From Faecousia sp. (GTDB lineage: Bacteria > Bacillota > Clostridia > Oscillospirales > Oscillospiraceae), in NCBI GenBank assembly GCA_051867285.1, contig JBJDYL010000097.1:740-64739 (forward strand): a stretch of 64,000 nt of DNA, given 5' to 3'. Of this stretch, positions 9,019-19,269 are shown in pieces. The translations under genes were made by a program, and so were the position numbers. The notes below the pieces were generated by a model. It was given only the letters and a program-made list of their open reading frames with translations. It searched no databases and was not told the origin of the DNA. The first letter of the stretch is position 1, and each line of letters begins with the position of its first letter.

Positions 9019-9579
9019 ATGAGAAAAAGTTTTGGTGCAAAGACGATCTGCTACCCCATGCCGGTATTCATCATCGGCACCTATAACGCGAATGGAACCC
9101 CCAACGCCATGAACGCAGCCTGGGGCGGCATCAGCGAGGAGACCGAAATCACCATCTGTGTGGACTCGGGTCACAAGACCGCTGAGAACCTGATGACCCG
9201 CAAAGCGTTCACGGTATCCATGGCGACTACCAACTATGTGTCAGCCTGTGACTATGTGGGCCTCGTGTCCGGGAACAAGGAGCCGGACAAGTTCGCCAAG
9301 GCGGGTTTCCACGCAACAAAGTCCGAATTTGTGGACGCGCCCCTTATCGACGAGCTGCCCATGGCATTGGAGTGCGAGGTGATCTCCTACGACCCCGAAA
9401 CCTGCCGCCTGGTGGGGCGGATTGTCAATGTGTCTGTGGAGGAATCCGTGCTGGGGCAGAACGGCAAGGTGGATGTGAGTAAGCTCCGTCCCATCACCTT
9501 TGACACCATGAACAATCAGTATCTGGTTCTGGGCGAAAAGGTCGGACAGGCGTTCCACGATGGCATGGCACTCAAGTAA
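9019..9579 (+). CDS. Flavin reductase-like (flavoredoxin) protein
   Basis: YPMPVFIIGTY..NAMNAAWGG, HKTAENL, DYVGLVSG, APLIDELPMALEC. SD GGAGG. Confidence 0.9.
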   Translation: MRKSFGAKTICYPMPVFIIGTYNANGTPNAMNAAWGGISEETEITICVDSGHKTAENLMTRKAFTVSMATTNYVSACDYVGLVSGNKEPDKFAKAGFHATKSEFVDAPLIDELPMALECEVISYDPETCRLVGRIVNVSVEESVLGQNGKVDVSKLRPITFDTMNNQYLVLGEKVGQAFHDGMALK

Positions 9580-9585
9580 ACAGCG

Positions 9586-9612
9586 GAAGCCCGGGCGTGA
9601 ACCCGGGCTTCA
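9586..9612 (+). terminator. Intrinsic terminator
   Basis: GAAGCCCGGG-CGTGAA-CCCGGGCTTC followed by T-rich sequence. Confidence 0.6.
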
Positions 9613-10169
9613 TTCTATCTTTTCAATCAGATCTTCTATATCACAACACAGTGTACGGGCAAGCATCAAAACCTGATGTTTGGTCAACGCTTTCACTTGG
9701 CAAGCTCCTCATACACATGCTTATTGCGATGCATCAGCTTACTGGATGCTGCGAGGACATCATCGTCCGATGCGGCCTGCATAGAATCGGCCTGATTGGC
9801 GAGGGAATTGGGAACAACGTTGTTTGTGTCGATGTGCATACAGTAAGCCTCCTTCCGCAAATAGTATAATTGAATATTAGGATGAAATCAACCTGGAGTT
9901 TTTGCATTATTGGGGACAAAGCATTTGTGGAAGGCTGCGACCACGCCTCAACATCAAAGACAATCAAGAGCTTTGACCACTGTAAGGCGAACTTGTCAAA
10001 TGTGTAAAATTCCGAACTTTTTGAGAAATTTCCGTGGGGTTAGCTGTGGGGCTAATTTATTTTAAGCTCAAACCCCACAGTTTCAGTTTCTCAATATTTT
10101 ACTATCGATATTTTAAGTTATACACGATAATTTTGGGTAAATACGAACATTTTGAGCCTCAAAAATGCC

Positions 10170-10214
10170 CTCATAACCCGGAGGTCGTAGGTTCAAGTCC
10201 TGCCTCCGCAACCA
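10170..10214 (+). other. att site: duplicated 3' half of tRNA-Met/fMet (anticodon loop to CCA), not a full tRNA
   Basis: CTCATAACCCGGAGGTCGTAGGTTCAAGTCCTGCCTCCGCAACCA contains the CAT anticodon loop, T-loop GTTCAAG and CCA end. The upstream sequence cannot supply a D-arm or acceptor 5' strand. Confidence 0.88.
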
Positions 10215-10215
10215 T

Positions 10216-10251
10216 AAAAAGTCCTGAAATCGTACGATTTCAGGACTTTTT
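10216..10251. terminator. Terminator hairpin after the tRNA fragment
   Basis: AAAAAGTCCTGAAATCG-TA-CGATTTCAGGACTTTTT. Confidence 0.75.
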
Positions 10252-10914
10252 CTTGCTTTTTGGGGAGCTAAAAAGTTCGGAATATTTTTATAGATTCTCG
10301 GATAAAACCGGCTGACCCATATTTTGACCCATAATAGGATAGCACGAAGTGGATTTTCGTTACTTTTTTGATTTTCTGCGGTCAATATTTTGTTTTCCGC
10401 CATACTATTTTTGCTGGCACCATAGAAACGTTTATTTGTTATTTCGTTTTATTAGATGCCGTTCAGCGGTATTCTCTGCTGCCGCTGAACAGGGTTGTAA
10501 CTATCCCAGTTGAACAACAGAAGTTCAAAACAGCCCGGACTAGTCGTCCGGGCTGTCAGTCTTTCTGCGTGCATACGGGGGTATCCTAAATATGTGACTA
10601 AGGTTCTGGCAGTTTCCGAATATCACAAAACCTCGCCAGTTTCAACCCGATAAAATTTGGAGTTTTTCATCCTGCAATCGCTGTCATTATGGAAGTATTA
10701 TCCCCCAGCAATTATGTGGAGTCTGTGTAAACTCCTAGAAAGAGCGCCAAGCCAAAATCCTCCTGCCTGTAAAAAATCCATTGCATCGCATGAGAATACC
10801 GATCGTGCTAAGTAATGGGAAAACTGCTTTTCTCCCACACTTGTAAGCAACACCGGTCATCCCCCGGAGAATGTACAGCCCGGAGTGTCTGTCTTATTTC
10901 ATCTCCGTTATGGC

Positions 10915-11943
10915 TTAGCCGAACTGCTTTGTCATTTCCACCAATGTACGGATATTTTCACCAGGGGTATCCGGTCCCAGTGCGCAACCGGGTCCGATTA
11001 CCAGACCACCCTGACCGCGGAACAGATCCAGCAGTTCCTTGCAGGCAGCCTTCACCTCATCCACACTGCCGCTGTTGAGCATTGCAGGGTCCAGATTGCC
11101 GGACAGCACATAATGACCCTTGCCAATTTCCCTGGCCTTGCGAATATCCGTGCGGGCATCAAATTCAAACATGGGACAGCCGGTCTCCGTCAGATCCTCC
11201 AGAATGGGGTCTGCCCAGCCGCAGATGTGGCAAATGGTGGGGATACCATCTTCCTTCAGCTTCTGATTGAGGCGGATCTCAAAGGGCTTGCCGAATTGCC
11301 GGAAAATGGCGGGAGACACCACGGAGCAGCCCTCAGAGCTGTTGCCGTAGCTAGTGCAGTGTCCGCCTGCTTCAAAGCAGAGATGATGCATCTGGAGGGC
11401 GATCCGGGAAGTCTGCTCCATCAGCGCCATCAGATTGTCCTCTTCATCCTCATCCAGCAGCGTCATGAGAAATTCGTTCATGCCTACCAGCAGGCAGCCC
11501 AGAGAAAAGGGTCCCTGGTCGGCATTGGCACGCAGAAACACATCGTTGGCATTGCACCAGACGGAAAGTTTGTTGATGGCTTCCAGGTAGATTTTGATAC
11601 GGTCACTGTCCAACAGATTCACTTTGCTCAGATCATCAATAATCTGTTCAATGGAACGGGGCTGGACATCCTTGGTAACAGCGGCGATGTCCTTTGGGTA
11701 GATGACATCTGCGCCGCAGGCGCTGGCCAGCAGGGCGGTATCCACGTCCAGCAGGATTCCGTCTGTGCCGTAGCGGGCGGCTGCATCACTCATGGTTTTT
11801 GCCATCACATCGGGGCTGCTGCGGAATTCCTCCATGGTGACCCCTGCTTCCCGGGCAGCCATCAGGAAATTGTGGGTCATAACCGGGATCCTGTCAGGGA
11901 TGCCGCCGGACATGACCGTTCTGATTCGTTCAATGCGTGTCAT
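10915..11943 (-). CDS. Uroporphyrinogen decarboxylase / MtaA-CmuA methyltransferase family protein
   Basis: PDRIPV, QGPFSL, VSPAIFRQF, ICHICG (HxC), LSGNLDP, GPGCAL (third putative Zn ligand). Confidence 0.85.
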   Translation of the reverse strand: MTRIERIRTVMSGGIPDRIPVMTHNFLMAAREAGVTMEEFRSSPDVMAKTMSDAAARYGTDGILLDVDTALLASACGADVIYPKDIAAVTKDVQPRSIEQIIDDLSKVNLLDSDRIKIYLEAINKLSVWCNANDVFLRANADQGPFSLGCLLVGMNEFLMTLLDEDEEDNLMALMEQTSRIALQMHHLCFEAGGHCTSYGNSSEGCSVVSPAIFRQFGKPFEIRLNQKLKEDGIPTICHICGWADPILEDLTETGCPMFEFDARTDIRKAREIGKGHYVLSGNLDPAMLNSGSVDEVKAACKELLDLFRGQGGLVIGPGCALGPDTPGENIRTLVEMTKQFG

Positions 11944-12222
11944 AGTGTTATCTCTCCTTTTTCGGAAAAGTAAGGATAAATCCTGCTTATCATTTTACTG
12001 AAAAACCCGCGCAGTCTCAATGGGCACGATTTGAACTATTCTGGAAATAGTGTGCAATATTTTGTTCTGCCGCAAGAAAAATATCACCTATAGTGCAAAA
12101 AAGTTAAAAACGCTTGCATAAAAGTGCACATGAACAAAGTAGAAATATAGGCATTTTTTGTGTATTATAGACACAGTAAAGTTGCTCCGGCAACAGACAT
12201 ATTACAACGGGAGGTTTTCGCC

Positions 12223-13272
12223 ATGTCACGCACAAACACAAACCCCCGGTCCTCCAGAAATCTGTTAAAGGTGTTCTTTGATTGGTTCCTGCGCAGGCCG
12301 GAAAGCGGCATCATTTTAATTCTTCTGGTTTTCGTCACAATCGCAACCATCGTGAACCCAACATTCCTCAGCCCCAAAAACATTATTAATATCCTGCGCG
12401 CTTCCGGCTTTACCATGATCAGTGTCGTCGGTATGTCCATGATCCTGGTTACCGGCGGCCTGGACCTTTCCATCGGATCCACTTACGCATTGAGCGCGCT
12501 GATGTGTGCGCTGGCAATCACGGACTGGGGTCTGCCGGTACCTGTGGGCATTCTGATCGGTCTGTTGGTCGGTGCTGTCTGCGGCTCCATCAACGGCTTG
12601 CTGATTGTGAAAACCAGCATTCCTCCTATGATTGTTACCCTGGGTATGCAGTATGCCCTGCGCGGTATGGTTTCCGTTCTGACAAAGGGTGTTCCGATTT
12701 ATCCGCTGCCGGACAGCTTTGTAAGTCTGGAGCCGCACCGGATTCTGGGCATCCCGATGATCGTCATTATTGCAATTGCCATTGCCGTGATTGGACATGT
12801 GTGTCTGTCCAGTACATACTTCGGCAGAACCGTTTATGCTCTGGGCGGCAACCAGGAAGCTGCCCGGATTTCCGGCATCAACATCAAGCGAACCAAAATG
12901 CTGGTTTATGCGATTATGGGTGTTCTGGTGGCGTTTGCCGGTATCATGACCGCTTCCCGTCTGGGTTCCGCAGAGCCTTCCACCGGTACCGGCCTGGAAA
13001 TGAAGGTTATCTGCGGCGCGATCATCGGAGGCATCTCCATTTCCGGCGGCATGGGCACCATGATGGGCGCCGCCCTGGGCGCGGTATTTATGGAGGCATT
13101 GACCAACAGCCTTACCGTTATGAAGATTTCCGTCTACTGGCAGAATGTCGTGTTTGGCATTGTCATGATTCTGTCCGTGCTGCTTGACCAGTATAAGCGT
13201 TCTCTGATTCAGCGCCAGTCCATCAAAAACACTGAGTTGAAGAAAACTGCCGCTGCCGCCACAGAACAGTAA
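12223..13272 (+). CDS. Monosaccharide ABC transporter permease (RbsC-like)
   Basis: TGGLDLSIGS, FGRTVYALGGNQEAARISGI; SD GGAGG before 12223. Confidence 0.92.
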   Translation: MSRTNTNPRSSRNLLKVFFDWFLRRPESGIILILLVFVTIATIVNPTFLSPKNIINILRASGFTMISVVGMSMILVTGGLDLSIGSTYALSALMCALAITDWGLPVPVGILIGLLVGAVCGSINGLLIVKTSIPPMIVTLGMQYALRGMVSVLTKGVPIYPLPDSFVSLEPHRILGIPMIVIIAIAIAVIGHVCLSSTYFGRTVYALGGNQEAARISGINIKRTKMLVYAIMGVLVAFAGIMTASRLGSAEPSTGTGLEMKVICGAIIGGISISGGMGTMMGAALGAVFMEALTNSLTVMKISVYWQNVVFGIVMILSVLLDQYKRSLIQRQSIKNTELKKTAAAATEQ

Positions 13273-13283
13273 GGAGGTAGGCC

Positions 13284-14801
13284 ATGAGCAGCGCCATTCT
13301 GACTGTTAAGAATATCATCAAACGCTTCAGCGGCACCATTGCGCTGAAGGGCGTAGACATGGAACTGTATCCCAACGAAATTTTGGCCCTGGTGGGAGAA
13401 AACGGAGCGGGAAAATCTACGCTTATGAAAATCCTCAGCGGCATCTATCCTTACGGCTCCTACGAGGGAGAGCTGCTTCTGGGCGATCAGCTGTGTAAGT
13501 TCCAGGGACCTGCGGATTCTGAAAACGCAGGTATCGCAATGATCTATCAGGAGCTGAACCTGGAGCTGGACCTGACTGTGGGAGAGAATATCCTGTTGGG
13601 CCGCTATCCCCGCACAGCCATTGGACTGATCGATTGGGGCAAGGTGCACAGTGAATCCCGAAAGGCCCTGGATATGCTGGGTGTGGATATCGACACCAAG
13701 GTTACTGTGCGCAACCTGAATCCCTCCATGCAGCAGCTGGTTTCCATCGCCCGGGCTCTGTACCGCAAGCCCAAAATCCTGATTCTGGATGAGCCCACGT
13801 CCGTACTGACGGAAAAGGAAGCCCAAAGCCTCATGGACATTCTGCGTGGCCTAAAGGAAAAAGGTATTTCCTGCATCTATATTTCTCACAAACTGGATGA
13901 GATTTTCTCCCTGTGTGACCGCACCGTGGTGTTCCGTGACGGTGAGAAGATCAACGAGTACATCAAGGCAGATGGCTATGACAGCTCCAGAGTCATTGAG
14001 GATATGATCGGCCGTCATCTGAACGCCATGTATCCCGAGCGTAAAGCAAATATCGGACCGGAGGTTCTCCGGGTGGAGCATTTCCGGGTAGCGCACCCCT
14101 TTGCCTACGGAAAGTCCATCATCGAAGATGTCAGCTTTACCCTGAATAAGGGTGAGATCCTGGGATTGTCGGGTCTGGTTGGTTCCGGTCGTTCGGAATT
14201 GATCAGCGCCATCTTCGGAGCACTTCCCAAGCTGTCTGGCAGAATGTATCTGGATGGCAAAGAGGTTGAGATCAACGAGCCAATCCAGGCAATCCGAAAC
14301 GGAATCGGTTTCCTGTCTGAAGACCGGAAGAAAAACGGCTTCATCTGGACTATGTCCATCCGGGAAAATATGACACTGGTTTGCCTGCGTGAACTGGTAC
14401 GGGGGTTATTTATCGACCCGCACCAGGAACGGGAATCCGCCCAGAACTACTTTGACAAGCTTCGTGTCAAGGCCCCTTCTCTGGAAACCCAGATCACCAA
14501 TCTCTCCGGCGGCAACCAGCAGAAAGTCATTCTGGCGAAGTGGCTCATGAGTGATATTAAGATCCTGATGCTGGATGAACCTACTCGCGGTATCGACGTG
14601 GGAACCAAGTCTGAGATCTATCGGCTGATGCAGGAATTGACCGATATGGGTATCTCCATCATCCTGATCAGCTCGGAAATGCCTGAACTGCTGGCGATGT
14701 GTGACCGGCTGGTAGTTCTTGGAAAGGGCGTCGTCCAATGCGAGATGCTGCGGGGCGAGGCCAACGAGGTCAACCTGATGCGGGCGGCCTCTTGCACCTG
14801 A
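13284..14801 (+). CDS. Monosaccharide ABC transporter ATP-binding protein (two NBDs, RbsA/XylG-like)
   Basis: GENGAGKST, LILDEPT, LSGGNQQKV, LDEPTRGIDVG. Confidence 0.95.
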   Translation: MSSAILTVKNIIKRFSGTIALKGVDMELYPNEILALVGENGAGKSTLMKILSGIYPYGSYEGELLLGDQLCKFQGPADSENAGIAMIYQELNLELDLTVGENILLGRYPRTAIGLIDWGKVHSESRKALDMLGVDIDTKVTVRNLNPSMQQLVSIARALYRKPKILILDEPTSVLTEKEAQSLMDILRGLKEKGISCIYISHKLDEIFSLCDRTVVFRDGEKINEYIKADGYDSSRVIEDMIGRHLNAMYPERKANIGPEVLRVEHFRVAHPFAYGKSIIEDVSFTLNKGEILGLSGLVGSGRSELISAIFGALPKLSGRMYLDGKEVEINEPIQAIRNGIGFLSEDRKKNGFIWTMSIRENMTLVCLRELVRGLFIDPHQERESAQNYFDKLRVKAPSLETQITNLSGGNQQKVILAKWLMSDIKILMLDEPTRGIDVGTKSEIYRLMQELTDMGISIILISSEMPELLAMCDRLVVLGKGVVQCEMLRGEANEVNLMRAASCT

Positions 14802-14858
14802 TACACAGGCAAGCGCCTTTGTATAATAAAAACACAAACCATATGGAGGAAACGAATC

Positions 14859-15902
14859 ATGAAAAAAATCATCGCGATGCTTTTAGTCCTTTCCATGCTG
14901 TTTGCTCTGGCTGCCTGCGGCAGCAGCAACAGCAATGCTGCTGAAAAGCCTGCTGACAGCGCTGCTAACAATGCCGGTACTGCCGACAATACCGACAAGG
15001 CCACTGCCGAAAAGCAGCTGCACTTCGTCTATGTCTCTCCCTTGCTGAGCCATCCCATCTGGCTGATTGCCAAGAATGGTTTTGAGGCTGCCTGCCAGGA
15101 ACTGGGCGTCCAGGGCGACTGGGTTGGTCCCCAGGGCCTGTCCTCCGAGGAAATGGCACAGCTGGTGGACACCGCTGTCGCACAGGGTGCAGACGGTATT
15201 ATCTCTCAGTCTATCTGTCCCGTTACTCCTCTGCAGAATGCCGTCAATGAGGGCATCGCGGTTCTGCTGGTAGACGGTGACCTGGATGACCTGGACGGCC
15301 GTCTGGCATACCTGGGCAAGGATCTGACCAAGCAGGCAGAACTGATGTATGAAGAGGTGGCAAAGGTCATCCCCGCAGACGAGAAGATCACCATGTCCAT
15401 CCAGTGCGCCGATCTGAACGCTCAGTTCTATGTTGACCAGAACAACGAGGTCGAAAAAGCATTCTCCAAGCATCCCGGTGGTTTTGAACTGGTGAATACC
15501 ACCCTGTCCAAGTCCGATAAGGCTACCGGCACCAACGAATGGCTGAATACCTTCAACACCTATCCCGAAGTCAATGTCTGCATCAACCTGGCTGCCGAGG
15601 CCGCTTCCGCCTGCGTCACCGCCGCTGACGAGCTGGGTATCACTGAGAATCTGGTTATCATTGGCGTAGATGACACCGACGAGAATCTGGCGCTGCTGCG
15701 CGAAGGCAAGATTCTGTGTACTTCCGTCGTCTCCTTCTGGAACTACGGCTACCAGGCTGCCTACTGGCTGTACCAGAACATCACTGAGGGCCGTGTCCCC
15801 GAGCAGATTAAGAATGACGGCGGTACCATGATGGTCAACCGTGAGAACGTGGATACTTACAATGACCTGCTGAAGGTCAAGGTGGATCTCCCCGCGAAGT
15901 AA
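14859..15902 (+). CDS. Sugar ABC transporter substrate-binding lipoprotein
   Basis: Lipobox LAAC; periplasmic binding protein type I pattern. Confidence 0.9.
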   Translation: MKKIIAMLLVLSMLFALAACGSSNSNAAEKPADSAANNAGTADNTDKATAEKQLHFVYVSPLLSHPIWLIAKNGFEAACQELGVQGDWVGPQGLSSEEMAQLVDTAVAQGADGIISQSICPVTPLQNAVNEGIAVLLVDGDLDDLDGRLAYLGKDLTKQAELMYEEVAKVIPADEKITMSIQCADLNAQFYVDQNNEVEKAFSKHPGGFELVNTTLSKSDKATGTNEWLNTFNTYPEVNVCINLAAEAASACVTAADELGITENLVIIGVDDTDENLALLREGKILCTSVVSFWNYGYQAAYWLYQNITEGRVPEQIKNDGGTMMVNRENVDTYNDLLKVKVDLPAK

Positions 15903-15919
15903 GCATAAACGCTGCGCGT

Positions 15920-15955
15920 TCCGGCAGCCGGATCCGTCCGGCTGCCGGATTTTTC
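15920..15955 (+). terminator. Intrinsic terminator
   Basis: TCCGGCAGCCGGA-TCCG-TCCGGCTGCCGGA-TTTTT. Confidence 0.7.
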
Positions 15956-16068
15956 AGATAAATCCGTTGCATCGACTTAGAATCTGCGCTATACTGAATA
16001 AAACAGTTTGTTTTCCATGAATACCTGACAAAAAGATTCAGGAAATACAGATTAAATAGGAAGGAGCG

Positions 16069-17538
16069 GTGGCATTGAAAGTAGGTACCAGCATTCGGAA
16101 ACAACTCTATATCGTCCTCGCGCTGACTGGATTCCTTTGCATTAGTGTGGTTCTGGTTTCCGGTCTGTCCACAAGAGAGGTTATCCGAAGCGCAAGAGCC
16201 CTGTTTACCAGCAACAGCACCCTGTCGGATTTTTACACCACAGTAGAAAAAATGGATGCTTCCGCCCGGGACTGGGTTTATTCCGGCAATGAAGAAGACT
16301 ACCGGAATTACCAGAGCCTGACAGCGCTTGCCAGAAAATATCTGGAGCAAATCAGCGCCAACGGGGATACACAGCTTGCCTGGCGTCTCGGCAGGCTGGA
16401 GAACATGCTGGACTATTACCACAAACCAATAGATGAATTTCAGGCCGGAGACCGGAGTGCCTACGAAACCTACAATGCCTTGGCATACCGCTGCCGTCTG
16501 ATCCGAAACACCGCTACGAAATACTATACCTATCTTGCGGAATACCTGCAAACCAACGCGGAGGATATTCAGGCGCGCTGGCAGAGCCGGTGGATGATTC
16601 AGCTCGTAACCCTCGGCGCATTTGCTTTGGCAGGTATGGCAGTAAGCGGCTATTACAGTAAGAGCATCCTGCGGCCCATTCAGACAATGATGGAAAACGC
16701 TCGGCGAATTCAGAAAGGAGACTTCAATCTGGAGCCGATCGGTCAGGCCTCGGCGGAGCTGGCTGTCATGGCGGACACCTTTTCCGAGATGGCGGGACAG
16801 GTGGAGAAGAACATGGATGTGCTGAAGGAAAACGCGCAGTTAGAGCAGAAGCTGCTGCGTGAAGAAAGTGAACGTCTTGCCATGCAGAATCTTGTGACCC
16901 AGGCGGAGCTGCGTTCCTTGCAGGCGCAAATCAATCCCCACTTTCTCTTTAACACCCTCAGCATGATCTCCAAAAGCGCCTATCTGAGTCAGGATACCAC
17001 CACCAGTGAGCTGATCGACCGTCTGGCAGGTTTTTTGCGCTACGCGCTGGATAAAAGCAGCACCACTTCAACGCTTCTGGAGGAGATCAACTCCATCGAA
17101 AACTATCTGTTCATCCAAAAGAAACGGTTTGCTGGGCGGCTCGACTTTGTGGTGGATGTGTCAGAACAGGTTCCAAATCTGAAAATGCCCGCCATTGTTT
17201 TGCAGCCGCTGGTGGAAAATGCCATTCAGCACGGTATTGGCCCCCTGACAGAGAAAGCAATCATCTCTCTGAAGGTGCGAAATTGGGATAACAAGGTGCG
17301 CATTAAAATTGAGGACAACGGCATCGGCATGTCCGCTGAGCAGTTGGAAACGCTGCAATCCTGCCTGAAGCTGGGACTGGAAAGCTCCCGCGGAAGCCGC
17401 GGTGCAGGCATCGGTCTGACCAATGTCTACCGAAGGCTGAAGATATACTATGGAAATGACATGCAGTTCAACATTGAAAGCGAGGAAAACTGCGGCACCC
17501 TCATCACGATCACTTTGCCAGCGGAGGTGGAAGCATGA
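16069..17538 (+). CDS. YesM/LytS-like sensor histidine kinase
   Basis: 2 TM plus HAMP, LQAQINPHFLFNTL, LQPLVENAIQHG, DNGIG, GIGLTNV. Confidence 0.93.
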   Translation: MALKVGTSIRKQLYIVLALTGFLCISVVLVSGLSTREVIRSARALFTSNSTLSDFYTTVEKMDASARDWVYSGNEEDYRNYQSLTALARKYLEQISANGDTQLAWRLGRLENMLDYYHKPIDEFQAGDRSAYETYNALAYRCRLIRNTATKYYTYLAEYLQTNAEDIQARWQSRWMIQLVTLGAFALAGMAVSGYYSKSILRPIQTMMENARRIQKGDFNLEPIGQASAELAVMADTFSEMAGQVEKNMDVLKENAQLEQKLLREESERLAMQNLVTQAELRSLQAQINPHFLFNTLSMISKSAYLSQDTTTSELIDRLAGFLRYALDKSSTTSTLLEEINSIENYLFIQKKRFAGRLDFVVDVSEQVPNLKMPAIVLQPLVENAIQHGIGPLTEKAIISLKVRNWDNKVRIKIEDNGIGMSAEQLETLQSCLKLGLESSRGSRGAGIGLTNVYRRLKIYYGNDMQFNIESEENCGTLITITLPAEVEA

Positions 17539-19088
17539 GCAAATCCTATCGTGTCCTGATTGTAGAGGATGAGGAAATTGAATGTAATGCCTTAAGAATG
17601 ATGCTCAAGTACAACCGGCCGGATATGCAGCAGATACAGACCGCCGCCAACGGCATTCAGGCATTGGCGCAGTACCAGAGTTTTCAGCCGGACATCGTTT
17701 TTATGGACATCAATCTGCCGGGTGTGAATGGCTTGGATGTCATTCGGCAAATGCGGCAGCTTCCCGGCTCACCCTGCTTCGTGATTATCTCCGCCCATAG
17801 CCAGTTTGCCTATGCGCAGGAGGCGATGCGTCTGGACGTGCAGGACTTTTTGGTCAAGCCCATACGGCTGGAGGATATTAACCGGGTGCTGGATGGGTTG
17901 GTGCAAGAGATTGAGCAGACCCGGTCCCGAAAGGAACGGATGCAGTACCAGCAGGCAAAACTCGACGCGATTCGCCCGGTGTTGGAAAGCGACTGCGTGC
18001 TTTCCATTGGTTCTATGCGGTCCAATGTCCCCATCGCCACGATCTTTGATTTTATGGAGATCAAGGTGGCATCAGGTTTTGTGTTTACCCTGCGGGGCGA
18101 GGGTGTCGGAAGTCTTTTGCTGCGTGAGATCAAATCAAAAATGCGGAATATGGGGCTGCGCTGCATTGGCGAAATGCTGTATGAAGTCTGCGTTTGCGTC
18201 GCCTTGAGTGACGAACCGATCCACCCCGCTCAGGTGCAGGAAATCATGACCTATCTGTCCCATTCGCTGAATTCCGCCGGACACAAATGTCAAATCGGTG
18301 TGGGCAGTGTAGCCGGCAGCGCCGATGATCTTCGCCGCTCCTACGAACAGGCGATGGCAGCAGCCAAAGGCAGCACTGCACCGGATTCCGCCATATCCTT
18401 CTTCAGTGATTTGAATATGCCGGAGCAAAACACGCTGGCATACGTTACAGATGTCACCGCAAAAATCACCCAAAGCATTCGAACCGGAAAGACGGAGGAA
18501 GTAATCTGCCAGCTTCAGGCCTTCTTTACATCTTGTCAGTTATCAACCTCCTTCCGCCGTCTGCAGGAGGCTTCTTACTGGCTGTACATTATGGTGATCG
18601 GCAATTTTTCAGAGCATGCCGCCGCCATTACGCCCCTTTCCGCAGAAGAGCTGTTTACGATTCAGGATATCAACGCGCTTCAGGCGACCTTGGAAAGACT
18701 GTTTCTCAGCCTGATAGGCATGCCAAACGAGGACAGCGGTCTGCAGCCAAACCAGATTGTCCGAAAAGCGATTCAAATTGTAAAAAGCCGGTTTCAGGAG
18801 GACATTACGCTGGATAATGTGGCGGAAGAGCTGAATATTTCGCTGTTTTATCTAAGCAAACTGTTCCGCAAGCATACGGGCACCAATTTTACGGAATATC
18901 TGACCCAGATTCGGGTAGAACATTCGAAAAAACTGCTTGAAGCAGGAGAACTGAGCGTGAAAGAAGTTGCCTATGCGGTGGGCTTTAACAGTCAGAGCTA
19001 CTTTTCTAAAATTTTCAAAAAATATACAGGTACTGCGCCAAGCGATTATAAGGAATCGCTTTCCTCCGGCGTTGAATCTGGCGTTTGA
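17535..19088 (+). CDS. YesN-like response regulator (receiver + AraC HTH)
   Basis: VEDE, DINLPGVNG, FLVKP; C-terminal YLSKLFRK...VGFNSQSYFSKIFKK. Confidence 0.93.
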   Translation: MSKSYRVLIVEDEEIECNALRMMLKYNRPDMQQIQTAANGIQALAQYQSFQPDIVFMDINLPGVNGLDVIRQMRQLPGSPCFVIISAHSQFAYAQEAMRLDVQDFLVKPIRLEDINRVLDGLVQEIEQTRSRKERMQYQQAKLDAIRPVLESDCVLSIGSMRSNVPIATIFDFMEIKVASGFVFTLRGEGVGSLLLREIKSKMRNMGLRCIGEMLYEVCVCVALSDEPIHPAQVQEIMTYLSHSLNSAGHKCQIGVGSVAGSADDLRRSYEQAMAAAKGSTAPDSAISFFSDLNMPEQNTLAYVTDVTAKITQSIRTGKTEEVICQLQAFFTSCQLSTSFRRLQEASYWLYIMVIGNFSEHAAAITPLSAEELFTIQDINALQATLERLFLSLIGMPNEDSGLQPNQIVRKAIQIVKSRFQEDITLDNVAEELNISLFYLSKLFRKHTGTNFTEYLTQIRVEHSKKLLEAGELSVKEVAYAVGFNSQSYFSKIFKKYTGTAPSDYKESLSSGVESGV

Positions 19089-19269
19089 GGAGAAAGCATA
19101 CCAATCAGGGATGTTCTTGGAAGGTCGTGCGTGATTTCCGAGCCACCCAGTACACTTCATCAGGGAATATTGTCTGAGTAGCAGCTGATAAGAATACCTG
19201 ATGTATATTTTCTGAAAGGTTTTTGCAGGCTACGATGAACGGGCACCGTAGCCTGCATTGTCCGCATTA

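Larger units (their letters stand above)
1..10214. mobile_element. tRNA-integrated element (IME/satellite-like island), left end outside the window
   Basis: int-xis-parB-vapE-CHC2-tnpV backbone on the minus strand, cargo on the plus strand, right boundary at a tRNA 3' fragment (10170-10214). Confidence 0.82.

Noticed and set aside
9597-9967. Small ORFs after the flavin reductase
   Set aside because: No SD or motifs; probably gene debris near the island end.
10140-10214. Complete tRNA-Met gene
   Set aside because: Only the anticodon loop to CCA is present; the 5' half is missing, so it is called as an att duplication.
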